A stretch of DNA of 64,000 nt from an uncultured Gemmatimonadales bacterium. Lineage in GTDB: Bacteria; Gemmatimonadota; Gemmatimonadetes; Longimicrobiales; RSA9. The DNA is taken from positions 256,001 to 320,000 of the forward strand of contig CAVUKA010000003.1 in the NCBI GenBank assembly GCA_963741945.1, in the 5' to 3' direction. A model generated the notes under the pieces. The model was given only the letters and a program-made list of their open reading frames with translations, did no database searches and was not told where the DNA came from. This document shows, in pieces, positions 12,296-23,400 of this stretch. The position numbers and the translations under genes are program-made. How positions within the stretch are numbered: the first letter of the stretch is position 1; the number at the start of each line of letters is the position of its first letter.

Positions 12296-12942
12296 GTCTC
12301 CGTGAACCCCGACCGCGTCCAGCTCCACAGGTAAACGCCCATGGAGAAGACCGTCAACACCAGGGCAATGAGCAGCGAGAGCGCCAGCACCGGCCCGTGC
12401 AGCACCGACCGCCAGAGCTCCCAGAACCGGCCGCTCCAGCCGTGCGCGGCCGCGGCGGCCGTCAGGGCGTACCACAGCACTGCGGAGCCGCTGAAGATAT
12501 TCTGGAACACCGCTTTGTACTTCCCGGCCTTTCCAGCCGGAATCACGTGTCCGCGCTGCGCGGCCACCTGGCGCACGATCGTTATGAGCAGCTCGCGCCC
12601 GAAGATCACGATCAGCACCCACGTCGGCAGCGCACCCCAGTAGGGCAGGTCACCAGCTGGCCCGGGGCGATGCGAAAGGATGTAGAAGGGAATGAACGTG
12701 GCGACGAGGAGGAGCTTGTCCGCCAGCGGGTCCATGAGCTTCCCGAAATCCGAGATCCAGCCGTACTTCCGGGCGAGATGACCATCCCAGAGGTCTGAAA
12801 GAGCGGCCGCAAGGAAGAGCAGAAAGGCGATGAACCGCGGCCAGAACCCGTCGACCAGAACCAGAAAGAAGACGGCGGGCGCAGCAACGATTCGCGCGAC
12901 CGTGATGATGTTCGGGATGGCCCGGGCCGGTACAATGGGCAT
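12292..12942 (-). CDS. pgsA: CDP-diacylglycerol--glycerol-3-phosphate 3-phosphatidyltransferase
   Basis: PNIITVAR; DLWDGHLARK...FGKLMDPLADK CDP-alcohol phosphotransferase motif. Confidence 0.85.
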   Translation of the reverse strand: MPIVPARAIPNIITVARIVAAPAVFFLVLVDGFWPRFIAFLLFLAAALSDLWDGHLARKYGWISDFGKLMDPLADKLLLVATFIPFYILSHRPGPAGDLPYWGALPTWVLIVIFGRELLITIVRQVAAQRGHVIPAGKAGKYKAVFQNIFSGSAVLWYALTAAAAAHGWSGRFWELWRSVLHGPVLALSLLIALVLTVFSMGVYLWSWTRSGFTET

Positions 12943-12949
12943 GGCAGCT

Positions 12950-13528
12950 TCAGCTCAGATTCCGGATGACCTGTTTGCTGACGGCCCTGAGGGTGTCGAA
13001 AACGCCGAGGCCAGTAGCGGCCACGGCCTCGAACTCCTCGAGACCGCCCGGGTTCAGCTGCGCTCGAAGCTCTTCCACCGGAACGCAGTTCGGGACGTCA
13101 CGCTTGTTGTACTGGAGCACGAGCGGGATACGATTCGGATCCTGGCCGTACTCGGTCAGGTGCTCGAACAGGTTCTGCATGGAAGCGATATTCGCGTCCA
13201 TGCGCTCGGGTCGTGAATCCGCCACGAACACAACGCCATCGACGCTCCTGAGGATGAGTCGTCGGCTCGCATTGTAGTAGATCTGTCCGGGCACGGTGTA
13301 AAGATGGAAGCGGGTCTTGAAGCCGCGGATCTCGCCGAGGGCCACGGGGAGGAAATCGAAGAAGAGCGTGCGCTCGCTCTCTGCAGCCAGAGAGATGAGC
13401 TTGCCCCGCGTCTCGGGACTCACCTTCTCGTAGATGTACTCCAGGTTCGTGGTCTTGCCGCACAGGCCAGCGCCGTAGTAGACGATCTTGCAGTTGATCT
13501 CCCGGCTGGCGTAGTTGATCATCGACAT
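12950..13528 (-). CDS. mglA: MglA-family small GTPase
   Basis: [38 protein letters not shown]. Confidence 0.92.
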   Translation of the reverse strand: MSMINYASREINCKIVYYGAGLCGKTTNLEYIYEKVSPETRGKLISLAAESERTLFFDFLPVALGEIRGFKTRFHLYTVPGQIYYNASRRLILRSVDGVVFVADSRPERMDANIASMQNLFEHLTEYGQDPNRIPLVLQYNKRDVPNCVPVEELRAQLNPGGLEEFEAVAATGLGVFDTLRAVSKQVIRNLS

Positions 13529-13543
13529 GGGCCACCCCTCCCC

Positions 13544-14032
13544 TCACCCCGCGAACACGCGATCAATGGCACCCACGGCTTCGCGGGCGAAGCCTGTGTG
13601 CAGCGCCCCTCGCGCGGCCGTCCGCCCGTCCGCCTCGCGCAGTATGGCTTCCAGCCGCTCCACGAGCGCCGTGCTCCTCAAACGCAGCGTGGCGAGGCTG
13701 GTACCGGAGTCCACGAGCGCGGCGAAGATGCCCGCCGCTCCGATGCTGCACAGGAACATCGATCCGTGGGCGCCGTGGTGAAACAGCTGTTTCAGGTCCC
13801 GGTCGCCCAGGAGTCCGGCCAACTGGCGGCTGGCGTCGAAATCGGCGGTGGCGAGAACGGCGAAGCTGCTTCCGTCGAGGTCCTCCACGTCACCTGCGGC
13901 GGCGAGGCAGTGTCCGCCGCGGTCCATGAGGAGGGCGCCGCGGGCACCCACCTCCGTCACGAAGGCGAGGAGAATGCGCTGCAGGCGCTGGAGGTCGTCC
14001 GGGTTGAGTGCGTCGGTGCGGCCAGGCGTCAT
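13544..14032 (-). CDS. mglB: Roadblock/LC7 protein (MglB-like GAP)
   Basis: Roadblock pattern (ALLMDRGG, ADFDASRQLAGLLG, LFHHG) directly upstream of mglA. Confidence 0.75.
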   Translation of the reverse strand: MTPGRTDALNPDDLQRLQRILLAFVTEVGARGALLMDRGGHCLAAAGDVEDLDGSSFAVLATADFDASRQLAGLLGDRDLKQLFHHGAHGSMFLCSIGAAGIFAALVDSGTSLATLRLRSTALVERLEAILREADGRTAARGALHTGFAREAVGAIDRVFAG

Positions 14033-14349
14033 CCCACGGCCTCGCCGGACGGAGCTCCCTGGGTCCGGAGGCTCCTCTCCAGCTTGTCCAGCACCTGGAT
14101 GGCCCGGCGCCGGATGAGGGGCTGCTGCTCCCACGTGATGTAGTCGCGCAGCAGGCGGAGCGAGTCCACCGTGGGCGAGCGGCCGGCAATGAAGCCGAGC
14201 GCCGCGAGTCGTCGCAAGGGGCGGCTGCTGAAGAGGTCCCGGCGGTGCCGCGACATCTGGTCACGGAGGAAGAGCATGCCCATCACCGAGGCCGCCGCGG
14301 TGGCGATGAGGGCAATTCCCGTGATCCGGAGGACCTGCTTCATTCTCAT
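14029..14349 (-). CDS. Membrane-anchored hypothetical protein with HEAT-like helices
   Basis: N-terminal hydrophobic helix; RRLAALGFIA...LLRDYI; coupled to neighbours. Confidence 0.65.
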   Translation of the reverse strand: MRMKQVLRITGIALIATAAASVMGMLFLRDQMSRHRRDLFSSRPLRRLAALGFIAGRSPTVDSLRLLRDYITWEQQPLIRRRAIQVLDKLERSLRTQGAPSGEAVG

Positions 14350-14352
14350 CCG

Positions 14353-14954
14353 TCAAAGCTCCCGTCGTCCAGCCAGCGCTTCGGCGATCGTCACCCCATC
14401 GGCGTATTCGAGGTCCCCGCCCACGGGGAGGCCACGGGCCAGGCGCGTCACCCGCACGCCACCGGGCCGCACCAGCTTCTGCAGGTAAAGCGCCGTGGCC
14501 TCGCCTTCGACGCTGGGGTTGGTGGCTATGATCAACTCCTCCACGGCCGCGCCATCCTCCCCCCCCCGTTCAGGCGACGCAGGAGCCGATCGATATTGAG
14601 CTCTTCCGGGCCAATGCCGTCGAGGGGGGAAAGTCGACCGCCCAGAACGTGGTAGAGCCCGTGGTACTCCCCCGTCCGGTCGATCGCCCCGATGTCGGCG
14701 GCTTCCTCCACCACGCAGATCACGGTCGGGTCCCGGCGGGCATCACTGCACAGCTCGCACGGGTCCGACTCCGTCAGATTACCGCATCGAGAGCATTCGC
14801 GCACGCGCTCCGCCACGGCCTCGATGGCGCGAGCGAGCCGGCGGCTCTCCTCGGGGGTGCGCTTCAGGAGAAAGTACGTGAGGCGCAGGGCCGTCTTGCG
14901 ACCGATCCCGGGAAGCCGCGATAGCTCGGTCGTGAGCTCGTCGATGACACCCAT
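14353..14954 (-). CDS. recR: Recombination mediator RecR (frameshifted at a G9 run in this sequence)
   Basis: LPGIGRKTA, CxxC..CxxC, YHVLGG in one frame; TOPRIM end [12 protein letters not shown]...GGDLEYAD in another frame. Confidence 0.9.
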
Positions 14955-14959
14955 TCGCC

Positions 14960-15283
14960 TCAGGGGAGGTCCGGCAGCTGGAACGGGAGCGGGAGTCCAC
15001 CCGTGAGCTTCTTGAGCTCTTCTTCGTAGAGCCCGCGGGCACGCTGCTGCGCGTCGGACACGGCGGCGAGGACCAGGTCCTCGAGCATCTCGACGTCGCT
15101 GGCGTCTACCACGGAGGGGTCGATCTTGATCTCGCGGACGCGCCCCTTGCCGTCCGCCGTGACCGTGACCATGCCCCCGCCGCTACTCCCGGAAATGGTC
15201 TGCTTGCCGAGCTCCGACTGGAGCTCGGAGAAACGGGCCTGCATCTGCTGGCCCATTTGCAGGATCTGCTGAAAATTCGTCAT
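14960..15283 (-). CDS. ybaB: YbaB/EbfC nucleoid-associated protein
   Basis: GSSGGGMVTV, DVEMLEDLVLAA; between dnaX and recR. Confidence 0.92.
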   Translation of the reverse strand: MTNFQQILQMGQQMQARFSELQSELGKQTISGSSGGGMVTVTADGKGRVREIKIDPSVVDASDVEMLEDLVLAAVSDAQQRARGLYEEELKKLTGGLPLPFQLPDLP

Positions 15284-15309
15284 GTAATTCCGCCCGAAGA
15301 TTGGGGCCG

Positions 15310-17120
15310 TCAGTCCAGCATTTCAAGATCCCATTCTTTTACCGCCCGGTCCAGTGCCGGTTCCTCGCTGGCGAGCTTTCGGACCTGCTCCTCACGCAGC
15401 CGCTCGGGCGTGAGACGGGCCGATCCGCCGGGCGTGCCGGCGGCGCGGACCACGAGTCGGATCGTGCGCCCGACCCGCTCTCCGATGGCGTCGCCCAGGC
15501 TCGACCTGGCGCGGGCATCCCCCTCGAGCATCTCGAGCCCGGGACCCTGCGGGATCTCGACGACGACCCGGTCGTCCTCGTCCTCGACCACGGCCGCAGT
15601 GCGGAGGAAGAGACCGAGTCCGGGCGGCAGGCCGGCGCTTCCGCCCGCGGCGATGGCGCGGAGGGCTTCGGCGGCCGAAGGGCTCCCGGCCGGGGCGGGC
15701 GGAGCGACCGCTCCCGCGCCGGCCGTTGGGAGCGTGGGCCTCCGTGGGACCTCCGGCTCCAGCCGCACCTCCTGATCGGCGGGCGACCGGGGCGCGGCTG
15801 CGTGTGCGGTGCCCCCGGAAGACGGGTTGTCCGGACTGTCGGCACGGTCGCTGCCCGGACTGTCCGCCAGCCCGGTCGTCGGGCGGCAGCGGGGCTCGTC
15901 CGGGCGCGCGACGAGGCCGCCGCTCCTGCGGATCGCTCGATCGGGGCGGGATCGGGAGGCTGTGGCGGGGGTGCCCCGCCGGCCGCCCGGATCAACGCCT
16001 CGATCTCGACAGTGCGCGGCAGATGCGCGAAGCGCAGGAGAAGCGCTTCGAGCAGGAGACGGGGATTGTTGCTCTTGCGGAACCTTCCGTCGGCGTCCAG
16101 CTCGGCAGTCTGGGCGAGCATCCGGAGAAGGTCGCCGGTGGAGAACGGTTGAGCGCGCTCGGCCCAGAGGGGGCGCAGGTCAGGCCGGACCTCTGCGGCG
16201 TCGGGGCCGTCGAACCGGATGACGAGGAGGGTCCGCAGGGCGTCGGCGAGCCCGCGATAGAACTCGCTGAGGTCGTAACCACCCTCCACGACGTCCTGGA
16301 CGAAGCGGAACACGTCGGCAACGCGGCCCTCGGCAATGATGCCGAACAGGTCCAGGTAGACCTCGTCGGTCACGAGCCCGAGGATGCGCTGGATGTCGGC
16401 CGCGTGGAGCTCCCCCTCCACGAACGACAGCGCCTGGTCCAGCAGCGAAAGGGCGTCGCGCATTCCGCCTTCCGCCCGCCGTGCGAGGAGGAGGAGGGCC
16501 TGCTGATCGGTCTCTACGCCCTCGGCCGCGAGCACCTGGGCCAACCGCTCCACAATGGCCGGAACAGCGAGCCGACGGAAGTCGAAGCGCTGAGTGCGCG
16601 ACAGTATCGGTGGCGCGCTCTGCTGGATCTTCTGCGGCTCGGTGGTGGCGAAGATGAAGATGACGCGTGGCGGCGGCTCCTCCAGGATCTTGAGGAGGGC
16701 GTTCCAGGCCTCGCGCGTGAGCATGTGCGCTTCGTCGATGATGTAGACCTTGTAGCGCCCCGCTTCCGTGGGGGCGTACATGGCGCGCTCGCGAAGGTCG
16801 CGGGCGTCATCGACACCGCGGTTGGAAGCTGCATCGATCTCCACCACGTCCAGGGAGGTCCGCCCTGCCCAGATCCGTTCGCAGGACTCGCACGTGCCGC
16901 ACGGCTCTCCGTCGTCCCCGCGGTTCGGGCAGTTGAGCGCCATGGCGAGGACGCGGGCGGCAGTGGTCTTCCCTACACCCCGTGGTCCGCTGAACAGGTA
17001 GGCATGGGCCACCCGTCCACGGGCGACGGCGGAGCGGAGCGTCTCGGAGACATGCTCCTGTGTGAGCATCTCGGCGAACCGCCGGGGGCGGTAGGTGCGG
17101 GCGAGAGCATTGCGCGTCAT
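15310..17120 (-). CDS. dnaX: DNA polymerase III subunit gamma/tau (apparent frameshift in the linker)
   Basis: ALARTYRP, GPRGVGKTT, EIDAASN, IIDEAHML, LKILEEPP; tau-like C-terminus (EPALDRAVKEWDLEMLD) in a second frame. Confidence 0.9.
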
Positions 17121-17211
17121 CGGGATTCGGCCAGTGCCGGGGCAGGTTGCGATCCGTACGAGGCGCGCGCCTTGCACGTGGCTTCACACGGCGAGCGCGA
17201 CCAAAGAAAAA

Positions 17212-17309
17212 TGCCCCAGGCTGACCGCAGCGGCGTCCGCGTCACTTACCGCTGCTACCTTCACGGTCCTGACGGGATTCGCGAGCTCGCGCCCTGCGGG
17301 CCTGGGGCG
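17212..17309 (-). ncRNA. ffs: SRP RNA (4.5S, small bacterial type)
   Basis: Terminal stem CGCCCCAGG/CCTGGGGCA; domain IV TCAGGACC-GTGAA-GGTAGCAGC; upstream of dnaX as often seen. Confidence 0.88.
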
Positions 17310-17385
17310 CAAGGAACGTAACGGCACCGGCGGCGGGGTTCAACCCCGGAGGACCGCCGGCGCGGTGGCAGAGAGGAAGAGCAGA

Positions 17386-17835
17386 ATGGGCGAAGAGGGC
17401 TGGCGGACCAATCTGGTCGAGACCGAGGCGGAAGTGCGCGAGATTTTGGAGACCGTCAGGCGGGTGGCCGTGCTGGGGATGAAGCCCGAATCCAGGGCGG
17501 GACAGGCCGCACATTACGTCCCGGCGTACCTGAAGCAGGCGGGGTACGAAGTGATCCCCGTGCCGGTATATTATCCGGACGTGGAAGAGATCCTGGGCGA
17601 GCCGGTGTACCGTGAGGTCTCGGCGATTCCGGGCCCGGTGGACATGGTGGATGTCTTCCGGCGCCCGCAGGACATCCCGCAGCACGTGGAGGACCTGATC
17701 GCGAAGAAGCCGGAAGTGGTCTGGTTTCAGCTGGGGATCCGAAACGACGAGGCCGCCGAGCGGTTGGCCCGCGCGGGGATCCGGGTCGTCCAGGACCGGT
17801 GCACCATGGCCGACCATCGTCGGCTGGGCCTCTAG
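17386..17835 (+). CDS. CoA-binding protein (YccU-like)
   Basis: VAVLG, GYEVIPV, VDMVDVFR, VWFQLGI, VVQDRC. Confidence 0.88.
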   Translation: MGEEGWRTNLVETEAEVREILETVRRVAVLGMKPESRAGQAAHYVPAYLKQAGYEVIPVPVYYPDVEEILGEPVYREVSAIPGPVDMVDVFRRPQDIPQHVEDLIAKKPEVVWFQLGIRNDEAAERLARAGIRVVQDRCTMADHRRLGL

Positions 17836-17852
17836 ACCGCACGGAGATCGAA

Positions 17853-18068
17853 ATGCCGCTGGACTTCGGCAGCGCGACGAACCTGTTCATGGGCACGGAG
17901 GAGGAACTGGCGCGAGCGCTCGGGATCGAGCGGGGTGACCTCAGGCGCTATCGGCAACAGCCCCATTCGGTGCCGGGCGATCTGCTTGACCGGCTCGGCG
18001 ACGTTCTGATCGAGCGGGGCTGGGGGATGCGCCGCGTGGGTGAGCTCCTGAAGGAAGCGGAGGAATGA
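17853..18068 (+). CDS. Small hypothetical protein, possible HTH
   Basis: GGAG RBS; EEELARALGIERGDL resembles an HTH. Confidence 0.6.
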   Translation: MPLDFGSATNLFMGTEEELARALGIERGDLRRYRQQPHSVPGDLLDRLGDVLIERGWGMRRVGELLKEAEE

Positions 18069-18078
18069 CGTCAGCGGC

Positions 18079-18438
18079 TCAGAGCCGCCAGGCGTCCTCC
18101 ACGTGGCGCACCGACGTGCCTGCGGCTCCACGGGTCACGGAAATGGCATCGAACCGGAAGGCGCGGTAGGGAGCGCCGCGGGCCGCGACCCACGCCCTGG
18201 CTGCCGTCGCGAGGTCCCGCCGCTTCGCCGCGCCGATGGCTTCCAGCGGGTGCGCGAGCCGGGCCGCGCCCCGGGCTTTCACTTCGATGAACGCCACGAG
18301 CCCGTCGCGCTCCGCCACGAGGTCGATCTCCTTGTGGTGGAAGCGCCAGTTCCGATCGAGAATCCGCCAGCCCCCGCGTTCCAGGTAGGCCACCGCGAGC
18401 CGCTCCGCATGCTCACCGAACCGCTGACGCGCATCCAT
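18079..18438 (-). CDS. yraN: YraN family protein (UPF0102)
   Basis: GEHAERLA, ILDRNWR, EIDLVA, FIEVKAR, RFDAI. Confidence 0.9.
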   Translation of the reverse strand: MDARQRFGEHAERLAVAYLERGGWRILDRNWRFHHKEIDLVAERDGLVAFIEVKARGAARLAHPLEAIGAAKRRDLATAARAWVAARGAPYRAFRFDAISVTRGAAGTSVRHVEDAWRL

Positions 18439-18514
18439 CGGCCGCACCTCCCCCGCGAAGCTGCCGACTGCGGGTGGGCGGGGGAATGGCGCGATGCGAC
18501 GGCGCCGGGGAGAG

Positions 18515-19555
18515 CTACACAGGCAAGCCGATCCCGGGGGCCACGCGGCGCCCGATCGCTTCCGCGATGATCCGGGCCTGCTCCATGAGCTCCTCGAACT
18601 GCGCCGGGAAGAGCGACTGCGCCCCGTCCGAGAGCGCGTGGTCCGGATCGGGGTGCACCTCCACCATGAGGCCATCCGCGCCGGCAGCCACAGCGGCACG
18701 CGCCATCGGTACGACCTTGGCCCGGAGCCCCGTGCCGTGGCTGGGATCGGCGATGATCGGGAGATGGGAGAGAGACTTGACCACCGGGATCGCGGTGAGA
18801 TCGAGCAGGTTGCGCGTGTGGGGGTCGAAACTGCGCACGCCGCGCTCGCACAGGATCACGTCCGGGTTCCCCTCGCTGACCACGTATTCGGCCGCGAGCA
18901 GAAGTTCCTTGATGGTAGCGGCGAGGCCGCGCTTGAGGAGCACGGGCTTCCCCACCCGACCGGCCCGTCGGAGGAGGGGGTAGTTCTGCATGTTGCGCGC
19001 GCCGATCTGGACAATGTCGGCGTGCTCGGCCACGAGGTCCACCATGTCCGGCTCGAGCGCCTCCGTGACCACGGCGAGACCCGTCTCCGACCGGGCACGC
19101 GCGAGGAGCTTCAGTGCGGGCTCCCCCAGACCCTGGAATGCGTACGGCGAGGTCCTCGGCTTGAACGCGCCTCCGCGGAGCACGGTGGCCCCGGCCGCGC
19201 GCACCTGCTCCGCGGCAGTGAGGATCTGCGCCTCGGACTCAACCGAGCACGGCCCGGCCATGACGACCACGTCACCAGCACCGATGCGGGTCCCGTTCGG
19301 CAGCGTGATCACCGTCGCCTCATCGCGCCACTCGCGGGAAACCTGTTTGTACGGCTGCGTGACCTGGATCACCTGCTGGACGCCCGGGAGCGCCTCCAGG
19401 CGATCACTGTTCACGCGGCCATCGTTGCCCACCAGTCCCACGGCCGTCCGCTGCTTGCCGGGGATCGCGCGGGCCTCGTATCCCATTTCCTGGATCGTAT
19501 CAATCACGCGGCGGACGTCGGCGTCCGGCGCGCCGTGGTTCATCACGACGAGCAT
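18515..19555 (-). CDS. aroF: DAHP synthase (type I-beta, N-terminal regulatory domain)
   Basis: [35 protein letters not shown]. Confidence 0.92.
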   Translation of the reverse strand: MLVVMNHGAPDADVRRVIDTIQEMGYEARAIPGKQRTAVGLVGNDGRVNSDRLEALPGVQQVIQVTQPYKQVSREWRDEATVITLPNGTRIGAGDVVVMAGPCSVESEAQILTAAEQVRAAGATVLRGGAFKPRTSPYAFQGLGEPALKLLARARSETGLAVVTEALEPDMVDLVAEHADIVQIGARNMQNYPLLRRAGRVGKPVLLKRGLAATIKELLLAAEYVVSEGNPDVILCERGVRSFDPHTRNLLDLTAIPVVKSLSHLPIIADPSHGTGLRAKVVPMARAAVAAGADGLMVEVHPDPDHALSDGAQSLFPAQFEELMEQARIIAEAIGRRVAPGIGLPV

Positions 19556-19666
19556 GGTTCCCTTTTCCTTGCGGATGGATGCGGTGGTAGCCGCGATCCG
19601 GAAGCTACGAAGGGGAGTCGGAGTCGTCCACCGGACCCGCCCGGACATCCCGAGCCGCGGCGGCGA

Positions 19667-20458
19667 TCAGCGCGAGAGGTCGAAGGCGAGCCCGTCCTCG
19701 GCGCGGACCATCGCGCCCTCCCAGCCGGCGCTCCGGACCAGCCCCACGACATCGAGGGCGTCGAGCCACGGGTACACGTGCGTAACGACGAGCCTGGCCG
19801 GGCGAGCGATCGCGGCCATGGCGGCAAGGCTGGTGGGCGTCAGGTGGATCTCGAGCGGCTGGTCGTCCGGGAGCGAGCACTCGGCGATGAGGATCTCCGC
19901 GCCGGAGAGGAAGCGGGCCACATCGTCGGACGGCCCGGTGTCGCCGGTATAGGCGACGACGGGCCGGCCCCCGCCTTCATCGCCGCCAGCTTCGCGTTCC
20001 TGTAAGCGGAACGCCAGGGACTCGGGCGTGTGAGGCGTGCTGGCCGCGGCGAGGCTGAAGTGACCGACCTCCGCGCGGTCGCCGGGGCCGATCTCGCGAA
20101 CGAGGACGGGGAACCCCGGGTCGGCCAGGTGATCGCCGAATGCGGCCTGCATCGCCCTCAGGCGCTCCTGGATGCCGTGGGGGGCCCACACCGAGAGCGG
20201 CGAGGTCCGCCGCTCTCGGACGCCCCACTTGAGGGCGAAGAAGAGGGCGGGCAGGTCGCCGATGTGGTCGTTGTGGAAATGGGAGAGGACCACATGGTCG
20301 ATCCGGTGCCAGGGGAGTCCAAACCGCGCCATGCGGCCGAGGGTGCCCGGGCCGCAATCGAGGAGGAGCGCGGTGTCGCCGCTCTGGAGGAGGTACGCCG
20401 AGCACGCCCGTTCCGGCTCGGGTGCCGCGGTCCCGGTCCCAACGAGGGTGAGGCGCAC
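19667..20458 (-). CDS. MBL-fold metallo-hydrolase (RNase Z-like)
   Basis: GTG start, LLDCGPG, SHFHNDH, YTGDT, THVYP. Confidence 0.85.
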   Translation of the reverse strand: MRLTLVGTGTAAPEPERACSAYLLQSGDTALLLDCGPGTLGRMARFGLPWHRIDHVVLSHFHNDHIGDLPALFFALKWGVRERRTSPLSVWAPHGIQERLRAMQAAFGDHLADPGFPVLVREIGPGDRAEVGHFSLAAASTPHTPESLAFRLQEREAGGDEGGGRPVVAYTGDTGPSDDVARFLSGAEILIAECSLPDDQPLEIHLTPTSLAAMAAIARPARLVVTHVYPWLDALDVVGLVRSAGWEGAMVRAEDGLAFDLSR

Positions 20459-20464
20459 GAGGAA

Positions 20465-23400
20465 CTACGCGGCCCCTGCGGCAGCGCGCGTGACGAGCTT
20501 CCCGAGCTCGACACCGACGATGGAGCTGACGCCGGGCTCCTCCATGGTCACGCCGTAGATCCAATCGGCGGCTTCCATGGTGCGGGGGTTGTGGGTGACC
20601 ACGATGAACTGCGTCTCGCTCTTGAAGCGGTCGAGCATGGTCAGGAAGCGACCGATGTTGGCTTCATCGAGCGGTGCATCGACCTCGTCGAGCACGCAGA
20701 ACGGGCTGGGCTTGACCAGGTAGATGGCGAACAGGAGGGCCAGGGAAGTCAGGGCTCGCTCGCCTCCGGAGAGGAGGTGGATGCGCTGCGTCCGCTTGCC
20801 CCGGGGTGACGCGGAGATTTCCAGGGGCGACTCGAGCGGGTCATCGGGATCCTCGAGCCAGAGGTCGCACTGTCCACCCTCGAACAGGGTCTGGAACGTG
20901 GTGCGGAAGTTCTCCCGGATCTGCTCGAACGTGTCCTTGAAGAGCTGACGGGCCGTCCGGTTGATCTCACGGATGGCCTTCTGGAGGTCATCCCGGGCCC
21001 GGACCAGGTCCGCGCGCTGTTCGCTCAGGAAATCGAGGCGCTGCTTCTCTTCCGCGTGCTCCTCGACGGCGAGCATGTTGATGGGGCCGAGGCGCTCGAT
21101 GTCGGTGATCAGCTGCTGCAGCTCCGCCGAGAGCAGTTCCAGCTCTCCCTCCACGGGCTCGACCATCTCCGCCAGCTGATCGAACGGCCGGTCCCACTCC
21201 ACCTCGACACGGTCCCGGACCCGCTGCTCCGCGGCGCCGGCCTCGGTGAGCCGGAGCTCGAGCCGGTGGCGCTCCTCGCCACTGGTTTCCGCCACCTGCC
21301 GGAGCTTGCGCGCCCGGTGCTCCAGGGATTCGGCGGCTTCACCCGCCTCGCGCAGCCGCTCGTCGAACCCGCGCAGCCGCTCGTGGGCCTCGTCGCGGCG
21401 AGCGAACAGCGACTCCAGCTCCGACGCGCCGCTGGTGTGCAGCTCCTCCAGCTCCTCGAGCGCGGCATGGTGCTCCGCCTCCTCCGTATCGAGGGCCAGC
21501 AGGCGGGCATCCGCGTGCTCGAGCGATCCTTCCGCGCTCGTTCGGCGTCGATCCAGCTCCGCCACCGCGGCCTCCTCGCGGGCATGGGCGATGCGGAGCT
21601 CCGCGACATCGTCACGGACCTCCTCCCACGCACCCTGCCGTTCCGCCAGCTCCGCGTCCGCCATCTCCCTGCGCTGGAGCAGCCGGTTCTGCTCGGCTTC
21701 CACACTGGCGGCTTCGGCCATGGCCGCGGCCGACTCGGCCCTCGCCTGCTCCGCGGCGGCGCGCAGCCCTATCCGCTGCCGCTCCAGCTCGTCGCGGCTC
21801 CGCTCGGCGCGCGCGCGCTGTCCGGCGCGGGCGGCCTCATCGGCGTCGAGGCGACGGAGCTCCAGCTCGAGGCCGCGGGCGTTCTCCTCCAGTTCCCGCG
21901 CTTCCGCCTCGGCTTCTTCCACCTTCCTGGCGAGCGTGGCGCGGGAGGCCGCGCGCGCTTCCCGGTCGCGCGTAGCCGCTTCGGCCCGGGTGCGCAGCGC
22001 TGCCAGCCGCTCGCGGCGGCCGAGGAGCACCGGCTCGGACGCCGGCTCGCCAGCGAACTCGAAGGCGGCGACCAGGTCGCGCAGACGATCGAGATCGGCT
22101 TCTCGCAGCAGGGCGAGCACGCCGGAATCGGGGCCATGCTCATCGACCCACGCGCGCAGCCGCCGGATGGCAGCATCGTCGGTGACCACGAGCGCCTGCA
22201 GCAGCGCGCCCACGGTGTTCTCCACCGCAGCCGCCCGGTCATCCGGAAGACTGAGCAGCTCGGCGACCGGCCCCACGAGCCCCTCCAGCTCGTCGCGGCG
22301 GGCGAGCGCTGCGGCCACGGCCGGCCCGAACCCGTGGTAGTCGCGCTCCAGGGCGTCCAGGGCGGCGACCCTGGCCGAGAGCAGGTTCTCGGCATCCTCC
22401 GCCTCCGACAGCGCACGACGCGCTTCCAATTCCTCCTGCCGGAGCGCGGCCAGGCGACTGCGGCACGCCTGGAGCTCTTCCCGGACCTGCTCCTCGGCGG
22501 CCGACAGCTCCCGGGCACGGGTCGCGAACAGGTCGCCCTGCTCCTGCAGCCGGGCGAGCTCGGAAACGAGATCCTCGTGCTCGAAGCCGAGCCGCTCAGC
22601 ACGCTCGCCGGCGTCGGCAGCGCGGGCACGGCCGGCCTCTGCGGCCGCCCTCAGCTGGGCCACCCGGTCCGCGAGCTCCTGCTGACGGACGCGCGTCTCG
22701 TGCTCCGCCTCGCGTGCGATGGCGAGCTGATCCCTGAGCACCCGCTGGCGCTCCTGCGCCTCGGTGACCCGGCCGCCCAGCTCTTCCAGCGAGCGCTGCC
22801 TCGCCTCCAGCTCGCCGCCAAGCGTGACGATCTCCTCACCGAGCGCCGCCGCCCTGGACCGGGTCTCCGAACGCTCGGTGGTGATCTGCTGCAGGCGACG
22901 CTGGGAATGGGCGCGCCGCTCCTCGGCGACCGCGAGCACCCGCTCCCGCTCGGAGATGGCCCGGTTCACTTCCTCCAGGGCGGAAGCATGCGTGCCCCGC
23001 TGTCGCGACACTTCGGCACTCTCCAGCCGGCGCCGCTCCAGCTCGGCCTCCGCGGTGCCAAGCTCCGCACGGGCGCCCGGCTCGAGGCGATTGAGCTCCT
23101 GCAACCGCTGGTCGGCCTCCGACATGGACGCCTGGAGGCGCTGGAGCTGCAGGAGGGCCACGGTCACCTCGAGAGCGAGACGGCGGTCCCGCATCTCGCC
23201 GAAGCGCTCGGCGCGGCGACGCTGGCGAGAAAGACTGCGGACCTTGGCCTCCACTTCGGAGATCAGGTCCTCCAGGCGCGACAGGTCGGATTCGGACGCC
23301 TCGAGCCGGCGCAGTGCCACCTTGCGACGGTCCTTGTAGCGGCCGATCCCCGCGGCCTCTTCGAAGACCTGGCGGCGCTCGTCCGCATTGTCGCTCAGGA

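Noticed and set aside
17161..17176. GG-N10-GC motif AGGCGCGCGCCTTGCA on the + strand
   Set aside because: Points antisense through ffs and is far from the next + gene; probably chance in GC-rich DNA
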